This document shows positions 60,990-64,000 of a stretch of DNA of 64,000 bases, piece after piece (position 1 is the first letter of the stretch; each line of letters begins with the position of its first letter). The DNA comes from Candidatus Iainarchaeum sp. (GTDB lineage Archaea > Iainarchaeota > Iainarchaeia > Iainarchaeales > JAZDFD01). The position numbers and the translations under genes were made by a program. Where the stretch lies: positions 1 through 64,000 of the forward strand of contig JAZDFD010000026.1 in the NCBI GenBank assembly GCA_043808155.1, written 5' to 3'. The notes below the pieces were generated by a model. That model ran no database searches and was not told the DNA's origin. It worked only from the letters and a program-made list of their open reading frames with translations.

Positions 60990-61913
60990 ATGCCTAAAAA
61001 AAAGAAAGATGTACATTTTGGATTTAAAGCGCATACTGGGGGCGAAACTTTTGGATTTTCAGACCGCCCATCTAAAAAAACTAAAACTGTAATTTTTGAA
61101 GAGAGCAAAGGCTGGAAAGGATCAGAAGGACCATATGCTATTGAAGATTTGCCCAGTTCGGATGAGGGGTTAAGTGAATTTCAAAGAACTCAAAAACAAT
61201 ATATGCTAAATGCTTTAGAAGATGGCAAAAAAATAATGGCAGCAGAAACTATTTTTGATAAAAAAAGAATGAAACAATATGTTCAAGTTAGTAAAAAACT
61301 GGAACTTGCACAGCAAAAATTTCATAGTACTCCGAATTTACAAAATGCAAAAGAATTTTTCAGAGCAACTGCAGAATATCACAAATTAAGACACAAAGTA
61401 ATTCGTGAAACTGTTCACAGAGAAGAAAAACCATTAGAAGCCCCTCATTTTGGATCAATGCATTCATTACTTTTAAAAGAATTAAGAAAAGAAGAAATTG
61501 ATACAAGTTATGAGGGCGAACCAATGCTATGCAATTGGCAGGATTTTATCGTTAGGAAAATGCTTATAGGCGAAAAAAGCGCCAAAGTAACAGAAACAGA
61601 GTACAAAAGAGCGTATGTTTCCTATTGTATGCTATATGATTCAGCAGTATTTAGTGCACTTGTTGGGCAAAAAGGCAAACCAGTTAACAATAAACAATTA
61701 ACATTCAAATCATTAGCAGACAGAGTTTTAATAGGAAATCTAAGTGAAATCCAACTTGATAAAATAATAAACTCAGGAAATTTTAGACTTGTTTTTGAAT
61801 ATAATGGTCTTTCGGGCACCCCAACACGAAAAGATATTGAAAAATTTTTAGATAAACATTCTACGTTTTGGAAACGTCAAAAAATAATCACAGGAAAAGA
61901 AAACCCTTTTTAG
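60990..61913 (+). CDS. Hypothetical protein
   Basis: 307-aa ORF starting MPKKKK; TTTAAAAA ~22 nt upstream. Confidence 0.7.
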   Translation: MPKKKKDVHFGFKAHTGGETFGFSDRPSKKTKTVIFEESKGWKGSEGPYAIEDLPSSDEGLSEFQRTQKQYMLNALEDGKKIMAAETIFDKKRMKQYVQVSKKLELAQQKFHSTPNLQNAKEFFRATAEYHKLRHKVIRETVHREEKPLEAPHFGSMHSLLLKELRKEEIDTSYEGEPMLCNWQDFIVRKMLIGEKSAKVTETEYKRAYVSYCMLYDSAVFSALVGQKGKPVNNKQLTFKSLADRVLIGNLSEIQLDKIINSGNFRLVFEYNGLSGTPTRKDIEKFLDKHSTFWKRQKIITGKENPF

Positions 61914-61931
61914 AATTAAAAAATAAAAATA

Positions 61932-62195
61932 TCAAATTTTTCTTAACCATTGTAAATATTGTTTGTGGTTGCCTGCAAACATTATTCGTCTATTGTTATT
62001 TTGTTCTTCAAAACAAATTCTGTGTTGCCCTGCTTCAACAACAAAAAAAGGGAATCCGTGTCTCAAATGTCTTGCAGTTTTTAATGTTTTAAGACTTTGG
62101 ATTTTTTTCCATATTTTATGTTTTTCTGATTTGTCAAATTTTAAGAAAAATTTATCCCAACCCTCAACAAATTCTAAGTTAAACAAGTTAATCAC
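61932..62195 (-). CDS. RelE/ParE-family toxin
   Basis: RHLRHG.PFFVVE.GQHRI, GNHKQY; similar to 55885-56145. Confidence 0.72.
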   Translation of the reverse strand: MINLFNLEFVEGWDKFFLKFDKSEKHKIWKKIQSLKTLKTARHLRHGFPFFVVEAGQHRICFEEQNNNRRIMFAGNHKQYLQWLRKI

Positions 62196-62459
62196 TTAGA
62201 ATCCATATTTTTTCTTTACACTTGCTTCGTTAAACACTTTGCGTTTCTTAGATTTGACATCTTTAGAAATTTTCTGCATTTTTTTCAGAGCAAGTTCATC
62301 TTCCAAATCCTTCAAATCTTTAAATACTTTATATTTCTCTCCAAGTTCAAGAATACCAGCTCTAATAATTTCACTTTTATTTTTGTACAAACCGCTTTTA
62401 GAAAGCCTATCCAATATCACTTCTTGACTTCCTTCAAGTCTAACCAGTGTTTCACTCAA
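62196..62459 (-). CDS. RHH antitoxin
   Basis: GLYKNKSEIIRAGI; GGTGA SD; palindrome TATCAT-N-ATGATA at 62471-62483. Confidence 0.75.
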   Translation of the reverse strand: MSETLVRLEGSQEVILDRLSKSGLYKNKSEIIRAGILELGEKYKVFKDLKDLEDELALKKMQKISKDVKSKKRKVFNEASVKKKYGF

Positions 62460-62522
62460 AAATAATCACCTATCATAATGATATACAAAGAAATATTTAA
62501 AGATATCGATTCAAAAATAAAA

Positions 62523-62606
62523 CGCAAGGGACGAGATTCGAACTCGCGCTTCCCGAAGGAAACGGGCTTAGCAGGCCCGCGCATTAAACCACTCTGCCAC
62601 CCTTGC
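62523..62606 (-). tRNA. tRNA-Ser(GCT)
   Basis: GCAAGGG/CCCTTGC-G, CGGGC-CTGCTAA-GCCCG, long variable arm, TTCGAAT. Confidence 0.95.
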
Positions 62607-62700
62607 ACAACCCGATTGCGTACGGGTACTCCGCGTGCCATTTTCAATGGCACTGTCATCATTTCTGATTGCGTAGATTGGATCCGCAATTCCGCAATGC
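62607..62700 (-). other. GC-rich structured leader of tRNA-Ser
   Basis: GTGCCATT-GAA-AATGGCAC hairpin, ACCCG/CGGGT hairpin, repeated GCGGA..TACGCAATC. Confidence 0.6.
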
Positions 62701-62784
62701 AATATGTGTGAGTTTTCGTTTGACTCAAACCCACGATAATATATCATAAATTAGAGAAACTAATATAAAACGCGCCTAAGCTTA

Positions 62785-62910
62785 TTACTTCAAAAGTCTG
62801 TTTTGTCTGTTATGTGCCTGCTGAGTGTTATGAGGCCATTTAACCTTCGGAATTGCAAACTCTGAACCGCGTTTCTTTTTCATTCCTGTCCATAAATCAC
62901 TGAATGCCAT
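62785..62910 (-). CDS. Small basic protein, 41 aa (below the ORF-track cutoff)
   Basis: MAFSDLWTGMKKKRGSEFAIPKVKWPHNTQQAHNRQNRLLK; TTTTAAATAA ~21 nt upstream. Confidence 0.5.
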   Translation of the reverse strand: MAFSDLWTGMKKKRGSEFAIPKVKWPHNTQQAHNRQNRLLK

Positions 62911-62952
62911 ATTAATATTGTATATTATGATTATTTAAAAATAGCGTGAGAA

Positions 62953-63093
62953 TTACACTGACATCTTTTTTTTCTTTCGTCCAGAACGAGCTTTTAATTT
63001 TTCTTCCCAATCTGGTCCGAGAATTAATGAATTGAAAGGATGCGCAATTGCTTTTGCAAATCTTTTGTGAATTGGTTCTCTTGGCTTAGGCAT
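62953..63093 (-). CDS. Small basic protein, 46 aa (below the ORF-track cutoff)
   Basis: MPKPREPIHKRFAKAIAHPFNSLILGPDWEEKLKARSGRKKKKMSV; TTTAAATA ~22 nt upstream. Confidence 0.5.
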   Translation of the reverse strand: MPKPREPIHKRFAKAIAHPFNSLILGPDWEEKLKARSGRKKKKMSV

Positions 63094-63151
63094 AATAGAA
63101 ATTAAGTCATAGATGTATTTAAAACTGTCGTTAAAAAACTAAAAAAAGAAA

Positions 63152-63223
63152 CGCCTTGGCCAGGATTCGGACCTGGGACCCTCCGGTTAACAGCCGAATG
63201 CTCTACCGCTAAGCTACCAAGGC
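63152..63223 (-). tRNA. tRNA-Asn(GTT)
   Basis: GCCTTGG/CCAAGGC-G, TTCGG-CTGTTAA-CCGGA; T-loop reads TCCGAAT. Confidence 0.93.
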
Positions 63224-63479
63224 AGAAAAAGTTTACAGAATAATTGTCGGTAAATTATTTAAAAGCACGTGTTGCATAAGCAATGAAAATATACATTAGA
63301 ATGCAATGTTAAAACACTCATTCCCCAGACTTATGAAATTCCATCTTTAAACACTGGTTTGCAAATCAAACCTGAAAAACCATATTCTGCACTTAATAAA
63401 GTTAAAAAAGCCCAGATTACGCTTTTTTTCAATTTTTTTACTGGTTAAGGCACTTAACAATATGAATTTTGATAGTATT

Positions 63480-63550
63480 GTGTTATATTGAATTATACAT
63501 AATAAACAGAGTGTTATAAGTGCTTATTTAGAGCATTTGAGTGTTATAAT
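63480..63550 (+). promoter_or_regulatory. Three phased GTGTTATA direct repeats upstream of ftsZ
   Basis: Copies at 63480, 63511 and 63541 (31/30-bp spacing). Confidence 0.5.
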
Positions 63551-63647
63551 TCTCCTATACATAAAAAGGAACCTATATTAAGGAGTTTAGGGGTTATATA
63601 TTAGCATAAATTAATTTTATTGATTTATAACGAAGGGGTGAGATTAG

Positions 63648-64000
63648 ATGAAATCAGTTATTGAAAGTGCAATGGACAAAGAAACTAAGAAAGAAGAAGA
63701 TAGACTCGAAGATTTCGGAACTCCAAAGATTATGGTTATTGGAGCCGGTGGGGCAGGATGTAATGCTGTTAACAGACTAGCAAATATGGGTATTTCGGGT
63801 GCCCAGCTGGTTGGAGTAAACACAGATAAACAACACCTTGCAATAATCAACGATGAGCTAACCAAAATTCTCATTGGTAAGGCAGTTACCAGAGGATTAG
63901 GTGCAGGGGGCTACCCTGAAATAGGTGCTAAAGCAGCAGAAGTTTCAAGAGCTGCATTAGAGGAAGTTTTAAGCGACGTTGATATGCTTTTCATTTCAGC
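63648..64000 (+). CDS. ftsZ: Cell division protein FtsZ (FtsZ2-like), 5' part
   Basis: FGTPKIMVIGAGGAGCNAVNRL, NTDKQHL, TRGLGAGGYPEIG; GGGGTG SD. Confidence 0.95.
   Translation, partial: MKSVIESAMDKETKKEEDRLEDFGTPKIMVIGAGGAGCNAVNRLANMGISGAQLVGVNTDKQHLAIINDELTKILIGKAVTRGLGAGGYPEIGAKAAEVSRAALEEVLSDVDMLFIS

Noticed and set aside
62456-62734. 92-aa (-) and 77-aa (+) ORFs
   Set aside because: Overlie tRNA-Ser and its leader

Overview
AT-rich archaeal chromosome segment, most likely a DPANN archaeon. Iainarchaeota/Diapherotrites-like is an inference from the archaeal TyrRS, FtsZ2, RibL and four-subunit POR, TATA-driven leaderless genes, a BHB tRNA intron and many ORFans. Much of the window is a dispersed, largely bacterial-style, folate-dependent de novo purine/C1 gene set: purB, C, E, F, H, L, M, N, Q, S, a frameshifted purA, guaB, glyA, folD, folC and 5-FCL. 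purD, purK and guaA are not in the window. Also present are ribBA, a type II pantothenate kinase paired with an OPT transporter, porGDAB, cysS, tyrS, a ~16 kb block of Cys-rich surface proteins, lipoproteins and secreted metalloproteases, two RHH/RelE toxin-antitoxin pairs and three tRNAs (Leu-CAA with an 86-nt intron, Ser-GCT, Asn-GTT). The most unusual signal is a ~40-nt GC-rich element (variable hairpin, then a conserved tail that could form a pseudoknot, with a compensatory change). It occurs twice at 1.5 kb, abuts the tRNA-Leu 5' end, recurs in its trailer before a duplicated tRNA 3' end, and has a possible divergent copy in the tRNA-Ser leader. All calls come from reading motifs by eye; no database searches were run.
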